Shown piece after piece: positions 52,343-63,045 of a DNA stretch of 64,000 nucleotides. The notes beneath the pieces are model-generated. The model worked only from the letters and a program-made list of their open reading frames with translations, ran no database searches and was not told where the DNA came from. This DNA comes from an uncultured bacterium (lineage in GTDB: Bacteria > Zixibacteria > MSB-5A5 > CAIYYT01): positions 109,118-173,117 of the forward strand of contig CAVSCK010000003.1 in NCBI GenBank assembly GCA_963726455.1. Direction: 5' to 3'. Numbering within the stretch: position 1 is the first letter of the stretch; each line of letters begins with the position of its first letter. Both the position numbers and the translations under genes were made by a program.

Positions 52343-55300
52343 TCACTTCACAACGGCGACCGTGCAACGTTTGCGATCGCCTGACGATGTTTCGAGCTGG
52401 CAGAAATATACTCCCGATGCCAGCAAAGAACAATCAAAGGGGAGTTCGTTATCAGTGCCGGCGGCTGCGGCCAGATGCGTGTTGTATACCATGTCGCCGG
52501 CGACATTATAGAACTTGACCGTCACATCCCCTGACTCCCGAACCGTAAATCTTATCGTCGTCTTGTCCGATGCCGGATTGGGATAATTGTATATGTATCC
52601 AATGGCATCAGCAAGTTGCGTGGGATCAGGTAAGGGTTTTACGTAAGAGCCAAAATTGCGCGGACTGCCGTAAGAATTGTTCCAGTCTACCTTGGCGGGT
52701 GATTGCACGGCCAGAGCGTTGATCGACCCCTCTCGTGATAGCGCAAACAGCGCGGCAGTGGAACCACGGCGTACCAGCACGATCGGTGACGCGAGCGAGC
52801 CGCCCACGGATATTGGATAATCCGCAAGGCGATCACCCAGCAAGTTGAAACCGGCCACTTCACCGTTTGCCGTGCCGACGAAGACTTCCATCTTGCCATC
52901 GCCGTCAATGTCAGCCAATACAGGCGCCGTAGTCACCGGACCAGTAGGTATCATCGGGTTAACCGTAATCGGGAAATTGCTGACCGGCGTGCCGTTTTGG
53001 TTGTAAGCGAAAATGCGATTACTTCCGCAGAAAAGAATTTCGATCGAGCCATCACCGTCGATGTCACCAAGTGCGATCTCTGAGGTAATTGTCTCGCCAA
53101 CCTGCGTGGTAGATGTCTTACCGGCGTAATTGATGAGCAATCTTCCATCCGCATAGACTTCAGCAGTCTCGTAGACGCCATTGCGATCGAAATCAGCGGC
53201 GGCGGCACCGACTATTGCATGCGCGGAATCGGTCGCAACCAGGCCTCCGCCTGGGGCAACAAACTCGAAATGATGCAGTGAATCGGTCATAACTCGGAAC
53301 GGAATCGCATTTTGCTCTTTGAGTATCCGGTTGCCGCTCTTGTCGAAGACAAGTTTCTGGCCGTCAGAGGTGTAGACCAGAGTTTCCAGACCGTCAACTG
53401 CGTTATCGTAATCGAGAATGATCGGCGCAATGGCTGCTTCGCCGTCAATTGGCTGATTGAACAACGTAATCGCCTCGCCCTCGAAGTTGGTTGACGCTGT
53501 TGTAAAGCAGACCAGACTGCCGGCGGATGTTACACCCAGTATCTCGGCGAAACCGTCGCCGTTGATATCAGCGACCGCCAGACCATGCAGGAACCGCTGC
53601 CGCGAATCTATCTTGCCGAGCACAGCCAGTGTATCATAGACGTTTCCCGAACCGTAGAGTACTTCCCGCTGGACGACTATCAAACTGTCGGGATTGGCAC
53701 TGAATAGTGGCGAGCCGTCGAACTTATAGGCGAGCAGAAAGGGTCCCGACGAAGTGAGAATCTCGTCACTGCCGTCGCCGTTGATGTCAGCCGCAACCAG
53801 AGGCAAAGAATTCGCGAAAATCTGATTCGGCCAACCCGGCAGGCGTCCGTCGATATGAACGCTGCAAGTCATGATCAACAGGGATGCCGAGATATTTCCG
53901 ATCGTAATCCCCGTGTAGGCATTGTTGTTGGCAATCGTAGGCGGATTGGTGTTTGGTCCGAATGTCGGACTGTTGTTGATATCGAACATGTCCGCTTGTT
54001 CACCGTAACCAGAGTAGTAGTATCCGCCGAAATCCACGATGCCGTTAGCTTCCTCAAGCGTCAGGAAACGGTGATGATTGTCCCATTTGACGGGATCAGA
54101 CGCGAAATTCCAGACTTGTAATCTGTTGTCGTGGAAATTGTCGATGCCGTTGCCGTCGTAGTCTAGACGCGCAACTAATTCATCGATATGCCAGATCAGC
54201 ATTCCCGAACCGGGGATCAAGTAATCGTATTCGCGATTGCATTGCGGTTTGTCACGATCAGTATTGCGGGGCCACATAAAGACGTTGGTAAGGCTGTCAA
54301 CCTGAAGCCCCGTGATTTCCTGATTATCAATATCAGTACGCCGATTTTCGATCAAGTAATACTCATCCGGATTGATCGGAACCATGAGAACCTGGTTGTA
54401 ATTCGAGTCAAGTTCCGCAGCGACCACTTTGATCTTGTTCGCCGAAGTGACTTCCACAATGTCGACAAACCCAAGATAGGCGCGCGACCAGGCGTCGGGA
54501 TAAACCGGCATGACACCTGACACCAGCACCGGTATGGTATCGCCAAAGTTGATGTTCACTCCGAAGCCGTTGTAATCCATCAGCGAAAAATCACCGACCT
54601 GGGTCATAGCGGTGCGGGTGTCATACAGATCGACCAGACCAAGTTGATGGCCGAATTCGTGCCCCATCACCGCATTGAGAGCGGTAACCCTGTTATCCTG
54701 TGAGGCAGTTTCCGGCATGATGACGGCGTCGCTGACCATGACTCTCCCGTCTTCCAGCGAAAACGCTCCGCCACCCAGCTTGACATAGCCGGTATACAGA
54801 TCGGAGCGGAGTATCCGGCCCCGCGAATGCAAAGTTGTTTTGCTGATCGGAGCCGGCATGGAAAATTATATAAGCGTCGTAGCGGTCCTGCCCGGCTATC
54901 GAATCGTATAGCGACAGTTCAGGATCAATATCCGCCGTATGCATGGCATCGTAAACCAACCGCGTCAGACCGACTACCGGTTCCACCGCGCCGTAGTGCG
55001 CCATCGACGAATCAAGCTGATAAGCCGAATCGACATTTCGCGGATATACATCGTACTCAATTTTCAGCCGGCCATTGGAAACCACATCATAATAGGTCGA
55101 CAGCGCTTTCAAATGTTTCTCGAAGTAGCTGCGATTATGCGGAGCCGGATCGATAAGATATCCTTGCTGCGCATAGAACTCAGCTTTGGTTCGCATATCG
55201 AAGTTGCCGTTGCCCGTCGTGAGCGGATCGTCCGGAACTTCCTTGCGGAAATTGACTCTGATCGCCAGCACGCGGATGACCTTGGGACTCATGGGCGACA

Positions 55301-55505
55301 GCGCATGCAGAGGCATGCGATACTTGCCGGAGTAGTCGAGCCCCAGCAGGTTCCGGTCAGACACCTGATCCGCCAGTCCGGGTTTTGGTTGCTGACTGCT
55401 CGGCTGCTTGGATTTCATTTCGAGCATACCGGCAACAGCGACCGAGCCAAACAGACAGGCGGCCACAAATAGGACTATTATGACAGAACGAGACATCCTT
55501 TTCAC
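52343..55505 (-). pseudogene. M6-like (immune-inhibitor-A type) zinc metalloprotease with FG-GAP/VCBS beta-propeller repeats and a T9SS C-terminal sorting domain. It is split by a frameshift near positions 54700-54860 into ORFs 54693..55505 and 52343..54859.
   Basis: A signal peptide in the N-terminal ORF; HEFGHQLGLVDLYDT (HExxH) in the C-terminal ORF; repeated DINGDGSDEIL / DIDGDGKMEVF FG-GAP motifs; and a T9SS CTD-like C-terminus (...TIRFTVRESGDVTVKFYNVAGDMV...GVYFCQL...). Confidence 0.7.
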
Positions 55506-55508
55506 CGC

Positions 55509-58500
55509 TTACATCTTTACCGTCAACGAAGTTCTCAACGTATTTGCCAACGGCAGATTGTTCGACGAAGGGATATATGCAAAATCCAGCCGGTATCTTC
55601 CCTTGTACTGGAGTCCGACGCCCAACGTCGGGGTCTTAACCTGCCCTTCCTGATCATAGATATATCCGGCACGCAAGGCAAGTAGCGAACCGTACCAATA
55701 TTCCAGGCCGACGTTTTCGATGGCCTGTTTCATTTCTTCAGAGAAACCATCTCCTAGCGACGTGAGCATCTTGTTGACTTCACCGACTATGGTCAGCCGA
55801 TTGTATGGCGAATCGAGCAGGCGGTATGCGAAACCAACCGCGAGGTTGCGCGGAAGAGCGTCCGACTGCGCAGCGTCGATATAGGACATGTTCGGACCCA
55901 GGTTGGTCACGACAACGCCGATCCGTAGCTTTCTGGTCATCGTATAGAGAATACCGCCCTCGGCCGCGAATGATGTGCCCTCGCCGCGGCCAACTTCCTG
56001 ACCGGCGCCGACTACTGACAGACGGCTGTAAATCACCTTGGCCGACAAACCGACGGCCAGATTCCGCGAGGCACGGGTTCCATATGATAACGTGAACGCA
56101 ACGTCGAACGGATTGATGGTTCCGGTCGGCTCCGATGACGTTTCTCCGGTGGTCACGATTGAACCGTAGGAAAGAAACGTGATGTTGGCGCCCAGCGTAC
56201 CCAGTGATCCGACTGGGTGTACATAACCAAGGAATTCGTAGTAGAGATCGGGGGCAAGATCAGGCAGCCAGTTGGCATGAGTGAAACTGAGCTCTTTCTT
56301 GCCGTGCGCAAATATCGTTACGCGATCGGCGGTCGCAAACCAGATTTCGCCTGCTTCACCGACGATGTCTTTGGTATTAGTCCGATTCAGGCCTTCGTGG
56401 TAATAACGTTCCCACCGTCCTCCGGAATATGAGAATGTTCCATACAACGAAGCGACGTACAACTTGCCACCCTGGTCATAGAGCGAGTTGATCGGGCTTC
56501 CGGCTGGATTGGCATATACATAGACAACGTTTCCGACCGGAAGAGGCCCTTCTTGAATGGTGTTCTTTCTCTTGATCAGACTTACAAACGCAGCGACTCG
56601 GTCGGGATCTTCCACTTTGAGATACTCTCGGACCAATTGGTCAAGGGTCATTTCCTTTTCGACCTTGACAGCTTTGTAGCCGTAACTGTACCACGACTTG
56701 CCATCGAAGCGCTTGATGCCTAGATCGGTGCCGACCCACAGATTGTTGTCCCCGTCCATACTGAGCGCGGTAATGTTGCCCTCAAATTCAGGAAGAAAAG
56801 GCACGTCAATCACGACGCCGGCTTTGGGGCTGGTCGTAAACTCGGGATTGTCCATCCCGTACTTTGCCGCCTGCAATTTAACCTTGACCATGTCGATGTT
56901 CCCGTATGCCTTGCTGAACACTGACAAGCAAGTGTCGTTAACTGCAGAGGTAACTTTGAAAGAATTGGTCCAGGCAACGCCGTCGAAATAGAATAGATCT
57001 TTGTCCGAGGCCGCCCAGGCAAGTCTATCATTCTTGACCGCAATATTCTTGATCGGGAAAGAGGTGACGCCTTCGGCAGCGCCGAAACGTGCCCACTTTC
57101 CTTCTCTGAGGACATCGAGTCCCTTATCCGTGCCGACCCACAGTTGGCCGTGCTTCGGGGACTTGACACACCAGATGACGGCGCTTGAATCGGTGCCGGT
57201 GGCAAACTTCTCCCAGTTGCGTCCGTTGTAGCGGTAGAGACCATTATCCGTGGCTACAAACAGAGTCTTGCGATCGACGGCGAGATCGTTAATAGCTCCG
57301 CCGAAGACGGCTTTGAATGGGAACCTGATCTGTGCCGGCAACTGATCGGTGATGGATTTTTCCAAAGCAAACACCAGACGGTCGGTTTCGGCCTGGGTAA
57401 GTGCCGAATCAGCGAAGGCCTTGTCGAAAGTGCTCGTGAAGATATCCAGTTTTTCCTGGTTCAATTGACAGTTCGTCCAGGCATCTTCGAGACGGCCAAG
57501 ATTCTTGATCACTTCCTCGCGATTTTCGAAATCGGCCGGCAATGCGTTCTGAACCTTATCACGAATTTCGAGGAGACGTTCACGCGAGATCGTGTTGTTG
57601 GCGCGGGCGACCATATCCAGCCGCGACTTGATGATATTTTCGTCTCCAGTGCCTAGCGCACGCGACACGATATCGCTGAGCTTGTCTCCCTTGCGCGGCA
57701 TCACGATGTCGCCGTCCTGCCACTTGGTGCCGTCGAAACGCGCCAGACCAAAGTTGGTGATAGCCCAGATGTCGTAATGCGTGTAATTGTCGTTCGGGAT
57801 GCTGTTTTCCATCACAGCGATCTTGTCGATATTTTGCTCCCACGGCACTTCCCATCCCTGCCACATAGTCAACAAAACCGCATAGGGAACCAACATCTGC
57901 TGCGGACGCGCCGATGTTTCACAGGCAACAACCGCGCCGTCGATTTCCGTGAGCTCCTCCGCCGATACTGCGTTATCAGCGATGGCAGCGGCGACTTTGT
58001 CTTTGACCGCGGGAAATGCAGCCGCATTGAACCGCAAATCCTGCCAGAAGATCACCATCTTCTCGAAAGTGGCGTTGATCTTCTCGCTTGCGGCAGCGTC
58101 CTTACCGGCAGCCGCCAGCAGTTCCAAACGCAGACCATTGATGTCGTCGAACGAAACACCGGTGTTTGCCAGACATATCTGACGAACAGCCGATTTGAAT
58201 CTTTCCTTGTCAACTGTGGAAGCGCGACGAGCGAGATTCGCCAGAATCGTGCGTGAAGTGTCAACGCCGATTTTTTCCGCCGGTACCCAGGTGCTATCGA
58301 CAAAGCGGCTGATTTCATTGCCTCTGATTTGCCACGAAGCAAACTTCTCAAAATAAGTCGGAGCCAATTTGCCCCGGAAGGCCTGCTCTGCCAGATCGCG
58401 CAAATGCGTGTCGTCCGTCAGCTTGAACTGATACCAGTTGTGTGCCAACGGATACTCGCCCAGTCCGGCCGGATTCCAGTGCGTGGTTGACGCGTCGTCG

Positions 58501-58658
58501 GCTATTGCCACAAACGCTTCACCCATACCGGCACTGCGGGCATTGGGGGCGATGCGAAGGAATAGAACCGCGGCGTCACTTACCGCGCACTCTGCTTCCG
58601 GCGCCAGAAATCCTGCCCACGAGCTGACGATCAGCAGAAGAACCAGGAATCGTCTCAT
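55509..58658 (-). CDS. Giant PorV/FadL-like outer membrane protein (1049 aa) with a large internal insertion containing two-component-regulator propeller (Reg_prop) repeats. It is a putative T9SS PorV homolog.
   Basis: After the signal peptide, the N-terminus LRIAPNARSAGMGEAFVAIADDASTTHWNPAGLG matches the FadL/PorV first-strand signature. The C-terminus ends in a beta-barrel strand (...LRTSLTVKM). The internal region carries LWVGTDKGLDVLREGKW / LWVGTDLGIKRFDGKSWYSY Reg_prop-like repeats. The gene is adjacent to porU. Confidence 0.55.
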   Translation of the reverse strand: MRRFLVLLLIVSSWAGFLAPEAECAVSDAAVLFLRIAPNARSAGMGEAFVAIADDASTTHWNPAGLGEYPLAHNWYQFKLTDDTHLRDLAEQAFRGKLAPTYFEKFASWQIRGNEISRFVDSTWVPAEKIGVDTSRTILANLARRASTVDKERFKSAVRQICLANTGVSFDDINGLRLELLAAAGKDAAASEKINATFEKMVIFWQDLRFNAAAFPAVKDKVAAAIADNAVSAEELTEIDGAVVACETSARPQQMLVPYAVLLTMWQGWEVPWEQNIDKIAVMENSIPNDNYTHYDIWAITNFGLARFDGTKWQDGDIVMPRKGDKLSDIVSRALGTGDENIIKSRLDMVARANNTISRERLLEIRDKVQNALPADFENREEVIKNLGRLEDAWTNCQLNQEKLDIFTSTFDKAFADSALTQAETDRLVFALEKSITDQLPAQIRFPFKAVFGGAINDLAVDRKTLFVATDNGLYRYNGRNWEKFATGTDSSAVIWCVKSPKHGQLWVGTDKGLDVLREGKWARFGAAEGVTSFPIKNIAVKNDRLAWAASDKDLFYFDGVAWTNSFKVTSAVNDTCLSVFSKAYGNIDMVKVKLQAAKYGMDNPEFTTSPKAGVVIDVPFLPEFEGNITALSMDGDNNLWVGTDLGIKRFDGKSWYSYGYKAVKVEKEMTLDQLVREYLKVEDPDRVAAFVSLIKRKNTIQEGPLPVGNVVYVYANPAGSPINSLYDQGGKLYVASLYGTFSYSGGRWERYYHEGLNRTNTKDIVGEAGEIWFATADRVTIFAHGKKELSFTHANWLPDLAPDLYYEFLGYVHPVGSLGTLGANITFLSYGSIVTTGETSSEPTGTINPFDVAFTLSYGTRASRNLAVGLSAKVIYSRLSVVGAGQEVGRGEGTSFAAEGGILYTMTRKLRIGVVVTNLGPNMSYIDAAQSDALPRNLAVGFAYRLLDSPYNRLTIVGEVNKMLTSLGDGFSEEMKQAIENVGLEYWYGSLLALRAGYIYDQEGQVKTPTLGVGLQYKGRYRLDFAYIPSSNNLPLANTLRTSLTVKM

Positions 58659-58696
58659 TCTTAAGACTCCTTGTATTTGGGTAAAGACAAAATCAT

Positions 58697-61600
58697 CTAC
58701 TTCATTACCACTAACTTGCTGGCTGACATAATCCTCTTGTTATCCTGACTATCGGCAGGTTTGGCCGATAGTTGGAAGATGTAAACGCCGTTGGCGATGA
58801 TATCGCCGTCGGTATCGCGCAAGTCCCAATGAATCCCGTCGTGGTAACCCGAGGATTGTGGGAGATTGCTCAAAGACAAGATCTCCAGTCCGGAGACCGT
58901 GAAAACTTTCAACGTGACGTCAGAGGCGTCATCGGAGAGGATATAGGCAAATTGGCATTTATCGGCTACCGGATTCGGGTAGCAGAGCAACTGCGCGATT
59001 TCCAGGCCGCTGGCACTGCTTACTTTGAAGGCGATTTCTTTCTGGCTCGAATTATTGGCTGAATCCCACGCCTTGGCCCGCAGCCGATGCTCGCCCGGGT
59101 TCAGTTTCGGAAGCGTTATAACCGCTTTTCCCCGTTGGTAGCTGCCGGGGTTGTACACGAAGCTGTCGGTCAGTGCGTACGTCATCTCCCGGCTGTCATC
59201 GATCACCAGCTCAATTCCATGACCGATATCACCACTGAGGTTTATTCCGAGAGAGTCGAACAAGTCCAGCGTTACTTTGGCATCCTGTGAAATCTGGGCG
59301 TTGTCACTTTTCGCCGGATCGTCGGCAAAATAGACGGCAAGATCAGGTCCGGTAGTGTCGTTAACACTGGTGTTAATGCTACCGATCGCGATCGGAAACA
59401 CGTAGCCGGCGGCGCCGCTGTTGGCCGAAACCGCATACCCGCTGATGCGTGCTCTAGTGCCGCCGTAGCTCACGTCCTTGGGCACTACAAATTTGAGATT
59501 GAACACGCCGCTGGTCACGTCAACTTTACCGCGATATATCTCGGGACCATACTGCACATAACTTGAGTCAGTCGTAGCGGTGTACTGAAAACGGCGAGTC
59601 CTTTCGTTGTCGAACACGCTTACCGTAGCGGTGCCGCTGAAGCCACTCTGTAGCGCGCCGTTCTTGTCCTCAACCTGTCCGGCCAATTCGGTCACTGTCA
59701 AAGCAACCAGCGAATCGGGCTGGAAGGTCACGAAGTTGATCTGGTCGGGAGCAACACCCAGTCGCGTCATCGGATCGCCGATGTAAATATATTTTCTATC
59801 GTTGTCGCGAGCATCCCAGCTTCCCTGTCGCAACAGTTTGGCAACATAGACGGCCTCGGCAATCGTGTAGTCTTTGCCGTTAAAGAGTTGGGCAAAGGCC
59901 GCCTGATTGAAAAGGAAATTGGGCCGCGAGAATACCAGTCTCGTCGCCGAAACGGTTCCGACCGCGCCACCCGACGGATATCGCAGCAGTTCCTCAGCCA
60001 TACCTTCAGACAGCGGGTCGTCAAAAAAGCCGATCGAACAGGACGCGTTAAAGATGAGCGGCAGACGATCGGAGTTGTGCAGTTGCGGAATATCCTGTAT
60101 ACGTCGAAACATTCGCTCGTCCGCCCAGAGATTAGGATTGCCGTGGCCGATGTAATTCACCAGCAAGGTGCCGTTGTTAATCGAGCGTATGATCGCCTCG
60201 CGTGCCGCCGGTTTTTCGTTACCGACAAAGGGATAGTCGACGCCATAGACTTTGTTGAGATCGAATTTGGGTGGAATACTTCCCGAGGCCAACTGCTCCG
60301 AGTCGACCGTATGCTGAATCTCCGGGCCGGAGCCGGGATGATTGAGGTCGTCGGCAATCAGTGTGACCAGATTGCGCCACGAACCATTATTGGCCGCCGC
60401 CTCGTAGTTCATCATCTTTTGAGCGACAACCTGAAACTCGCCGGCTGTTTTGACCGGCCAACGGGCGATCACCATATCGACTCCCCGATCGGTCGGATAT
60501 GAATTATCGGCATCAAGTTCGTATGGTTCGCCGAAGTAGACAAAGTTTTCGTCGGAGATGGTCGAGTCATTGGGCACGATATAAGGCGGCACGTAATTGA
60601 CTCCGCCTTTTCCCATGTCGTTGCGGAAATCATATACTCCGTCGCCAGCCAGCAGGCAGAACGATGGACGCGCGCCGCTCCAGTTTCCGTATGCGTAGCG
60701 CAGAAAATCGCGGATGGCGATCGGATCCATCATGCCGCCGGAAAATTGCGCGTAAACATCCGAAATGCGGACGACGCGGACTCTGATGCCATCATGATTG
60801 GCACGGTAATTCGCAAAGTCGACCGCCTGGCTGTAGAAGTTGTCATGTGCGATGATGATCAGGTCGGCGCCGTTGCTGGACGACCGAATGTCATCGATCT
60901 GAGTTGCAACAATCGAGAATGGCTTTCTGATTGCGGCGTCGGTGGCCAATGCGAAAACTTTGCCTCCAGCGACAGTTGGAGTCGAGACAAACTCGACAAA
61001 GTCGCTTCCATATAACGGGGCAACCAACTTCTGATTCCCGATATCCGTCACATCCAACACAGCGGTTGTCAGTGAGCCACCAGCTATTTGATAATTATGA
61101 GAAACATCACTGGTATCGCCGAATAGTACCAGTTCACCGGTAGCCGGCAAAATCACCGGCCGCTCGTAATTGATCTCTATGTAATCCGTCAATGTCCCAT
61201 ATGGAGAAGCGGTAAGCGTCAATCCGATTTGATTCAACGCCGAGTCAAACCGATCCGAGTGGAAATAGAAGAATGGTGTACGCGTCGAATCAGGTGTGAG
61301 GTCGGTACCGTTTAGGCGCACCGCCATTTGTCCGGAGTACCCCCGAACCCTGAAATTCTGCCAGGCGCCTTCAACTGGAGCGGGAAGATTAAGAAAAATA
61401 TCCACCGTCGGATTGTCCGACCAGTACCAGTGGAAGTAATCCTCAATCACTCCTCCGTGGCTGGCGAGAACCTTTTCGTCTTCAAAGTGCAGAGGATCGA
61501 CGAATGTCCGAACCGTATCGGTGGCAGCGGTTTCTGTGCCGTTGACCGTGGCCATGCGTCTGGGACTCCAGCCAAATGATCCGCCGTACGTCAAATAGAA

Positions 61601-62545
61601 CACGTTGCGGTCGCCATAGGGATTCAGACGATAGGTCAGTGCATCAGACCAATCCCAGAAATCCGGGCCGTTGGCGTAGAAGAGAATGTAGTCCTCACCG
61701 CCGAAAACTCCGTCCTCCTCGCCGTGAACCGCAATGGCCACTTCCGCAAGCGAGTCCCGCGCGCTGGAGTTGGGAATTGGCAGTGTTTTTCCGCCGGCGC
61801 TGAACAGACGCAAACTGCGCGGATCGACCGTTGCGACATCGATGCCTGCCGTCGACAAATCGGTGCGGGTAATCTTGTAAATGCCTCTCGTCTTAATTGC
61901 TATCCTCAGCCAGTTCGTCGACTGTGAAAACGGATTATATGTGGTTCCCTGTGCGGAGACTGAAGTCTTCGGATACCAGGTTTCCCTCTGATCGGAATTG
62001 ATTGCAAGATTGGCAATTACGTTATCCAGCGGTCCGTCCGGACGCGAAGAACTGGTTTCTGGTATGCCTTCGAACTGTATGTGGACGTCTGCTCCAACTA
62101 CCTTGCGAAGCTCGGAACCTTGGCTCCCAGCTTCAGGGATGAGAACCGAACAAAGAGCCTTGGAGCGGACAGTGACAACCTTGCCAAGGCGTATCTTCGC
62201 AAGTGAATCCGGAGGTGCGGTTGCCGTACCGGCTGCACTTCCGAGATTCAGCGAACTGCTTATCAGGCGCGGAGTTGTGCCTCGCGGCACCAGGAACATG
62301 ATTACATGTGTATTGACAAAGGATGTGTCATCAACCGGAACTGCCACTTGCGATGCCTTGTTTAGATCACCGGCAACACTGGCTTTCCCTGACTTCGAGA
62401 TGGAATCCCCAAAGGACACGCCGAACGACAGGTCGGTGGCAGAAGAAGCAACCACTGACACGGCTGACTGCGTATTTGCGAATAGCTGGTTTGTGCCTAA
62501 TATGAGATATGATATGAGAAGGGTTAACGCGCAGAATTGTGACAC
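58697..62545 (-). CDS. porU: T9SS sortase PorU (C25 gingipain-like peptidase with a CTD)
   Basis: A 1282-aa protein with a C25-like catalytic region (...IGHGNPNLWADERMF...NASCSIGFFDD...) and a C-terminal T9SS sorting domain (CYPNPVADKCQFAY...GVYIFQLSA...). Confidence 0.7.
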   Translation of the reverse strand: MSQFCALTLLISYLILGTNQLFANTQSAVSVVASSATDLSFGVSFGDSISKSGKASVAGDLNKASQVAVPVDDTSFVNTHVIMFLVPRGTTPRLISSSLNLGSAAGTATAPPDSLAKIRLGKVVTVRSKALCSVLIPEAGSQGSELRKVVGADVHIQFEGIPETSSSRPDGPLDNVIANLAINSDQRETWYPKTSVSAQGTTYNPFSQSTNWLRIAIKTRGIYKITRTDLSTAGIDVATVDPRSLRLFSAGGKTLPIPNSSARDSLAEVAIAVHGEEDGVFGGEDYILFYANGPDFWDWSDALTYRLNPYGDRNVFYLTYGGSFGWSPRRMATVNGTETAATDTVRTFVDPLHFEDEKVLASHGGVIEDYFHWYWSDNPTVDIFLNLPAPVEGAWQNFRVRGYSGQMAVRLNGTDLTPDSTRTPFFYFHSDRFDSALNQIGLTLTASPYGTLTDYIEINYERPVILPATGELVLFGDTSDVSHNYQIAGGSLTTAVLDVTDIGNQKLVAPLYGSDFVEFVSTPTVAGGKVFALATDAAIRKPFSIVATQIDDIRSSSNGADLIIIAHDNFYSQAVDFANYRANHDGIRVRVVRISDVYAQFSGGMMDPIAIRDFLRYAYGNWSGARPSFCLLAGDGVYDFRNDMGKGGVNYVPPYIVPNDSTISDENFVYFGEPYELDADNSYPTDRGVDMVIARWPVKTAGEFQVVAQKMMNYEAAANNGSWRNLVTLIADDLNHPGSGPEIQHTVDSEQLASGSIPPKFDLNKVYGVDYPFVGNEKPAAREAIIRSINNGTLLVNYIGHGNPNLWADERMFRRIQDIPQLHNSDRLPLIFNASCSIGFFDDPLSEGMAEELLRYPSGGAVGTVSATRLVFSRPNFLFNQAAFAQLFNGKDYTIAEAVYVAKLLRQGSWDARDNDRKYIYIGDPMTRLGVAPDQINFVTFQPDSLVALTVTELAGQVEDKNGALQSGFSGTATVSVFDNERTRRFQYTATTDSSYVQYGPEIYRGKVDVTSGVFNLKFVVPKDVSYGGTRARISGYAVSANSGAAGYVFPIAIGSINTSVNDTTGPDLAVYFADDPAKSDNAQISQDAKVTLDLFDSLGINLSGDIGHGIELVIDDSREMTYALTDSFVYNPGSYQRGKAVITLPKLNPGEHRLRAKAWDSANNSSQKEIAFKVSSASGLEIAQLLCYPNPVADKCQFAYILSDDASDVTLKVFTVSGLEILSLSNLPQSSGYHDGIHWDLRDTDGDIIANGVYIFQLSAKPADSQDNKRIMSASKLVVMK

Positions 62546-62546
62546 T

Positions 62547-62691
62547 GTTTTATCGACCTTATATTAGAGCATTCGAGTATAGCTGCCGGAGTTACTGATG
62601 TAAACAAAAAATCCAGCTACCCAACGTGCTCTGGTTTTCGGATGTACTTCTGCCAAGGCAGAGTTACACTTTACCTATCGGTCGATAAAAC
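62547..62691. repeat. Perfect 12-bp inverted repeat (GTTTTATCGACC ... GGTCGATAAAAC) flanking 121 bp of AT-rich DNA, directly abutting the porU start codon
   Basis: Read directly at 62547..62558 and 62680..62691. Confidence 0.5.
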
Positions 62692-63045
62692 CTCTCTGAT
62701 TCTCCTTCGTCCAATAGAAAATAACGGCTAAGTTGCTGATTTGTCAAGTGCCACGTCCAAATTCCTGCAATTTCCTTGCCGGGGAAACGGCTCAGAATGC
62801 GAAATCGGCCATTTTCCGGCTTTCGCTGCTCTGAATCGGCAAAATTGAGCAGAAAAAGAAGCCGGACGGAAATCTTTTGACGCTGGCAGAATCCCCAAAT
62901 TTGCACTGATATGCACAATATGTGAGCCGGCTTGTCGTCCGTGCAACCTTGGGCAGCCAAAAGAGTACTTGAATTTGCGGAGCGATTTAGTATACTAAGT
63001 CCAAGACTTACCTCAAGTAATGGACTTACCGGCAGGAGATTCGCA

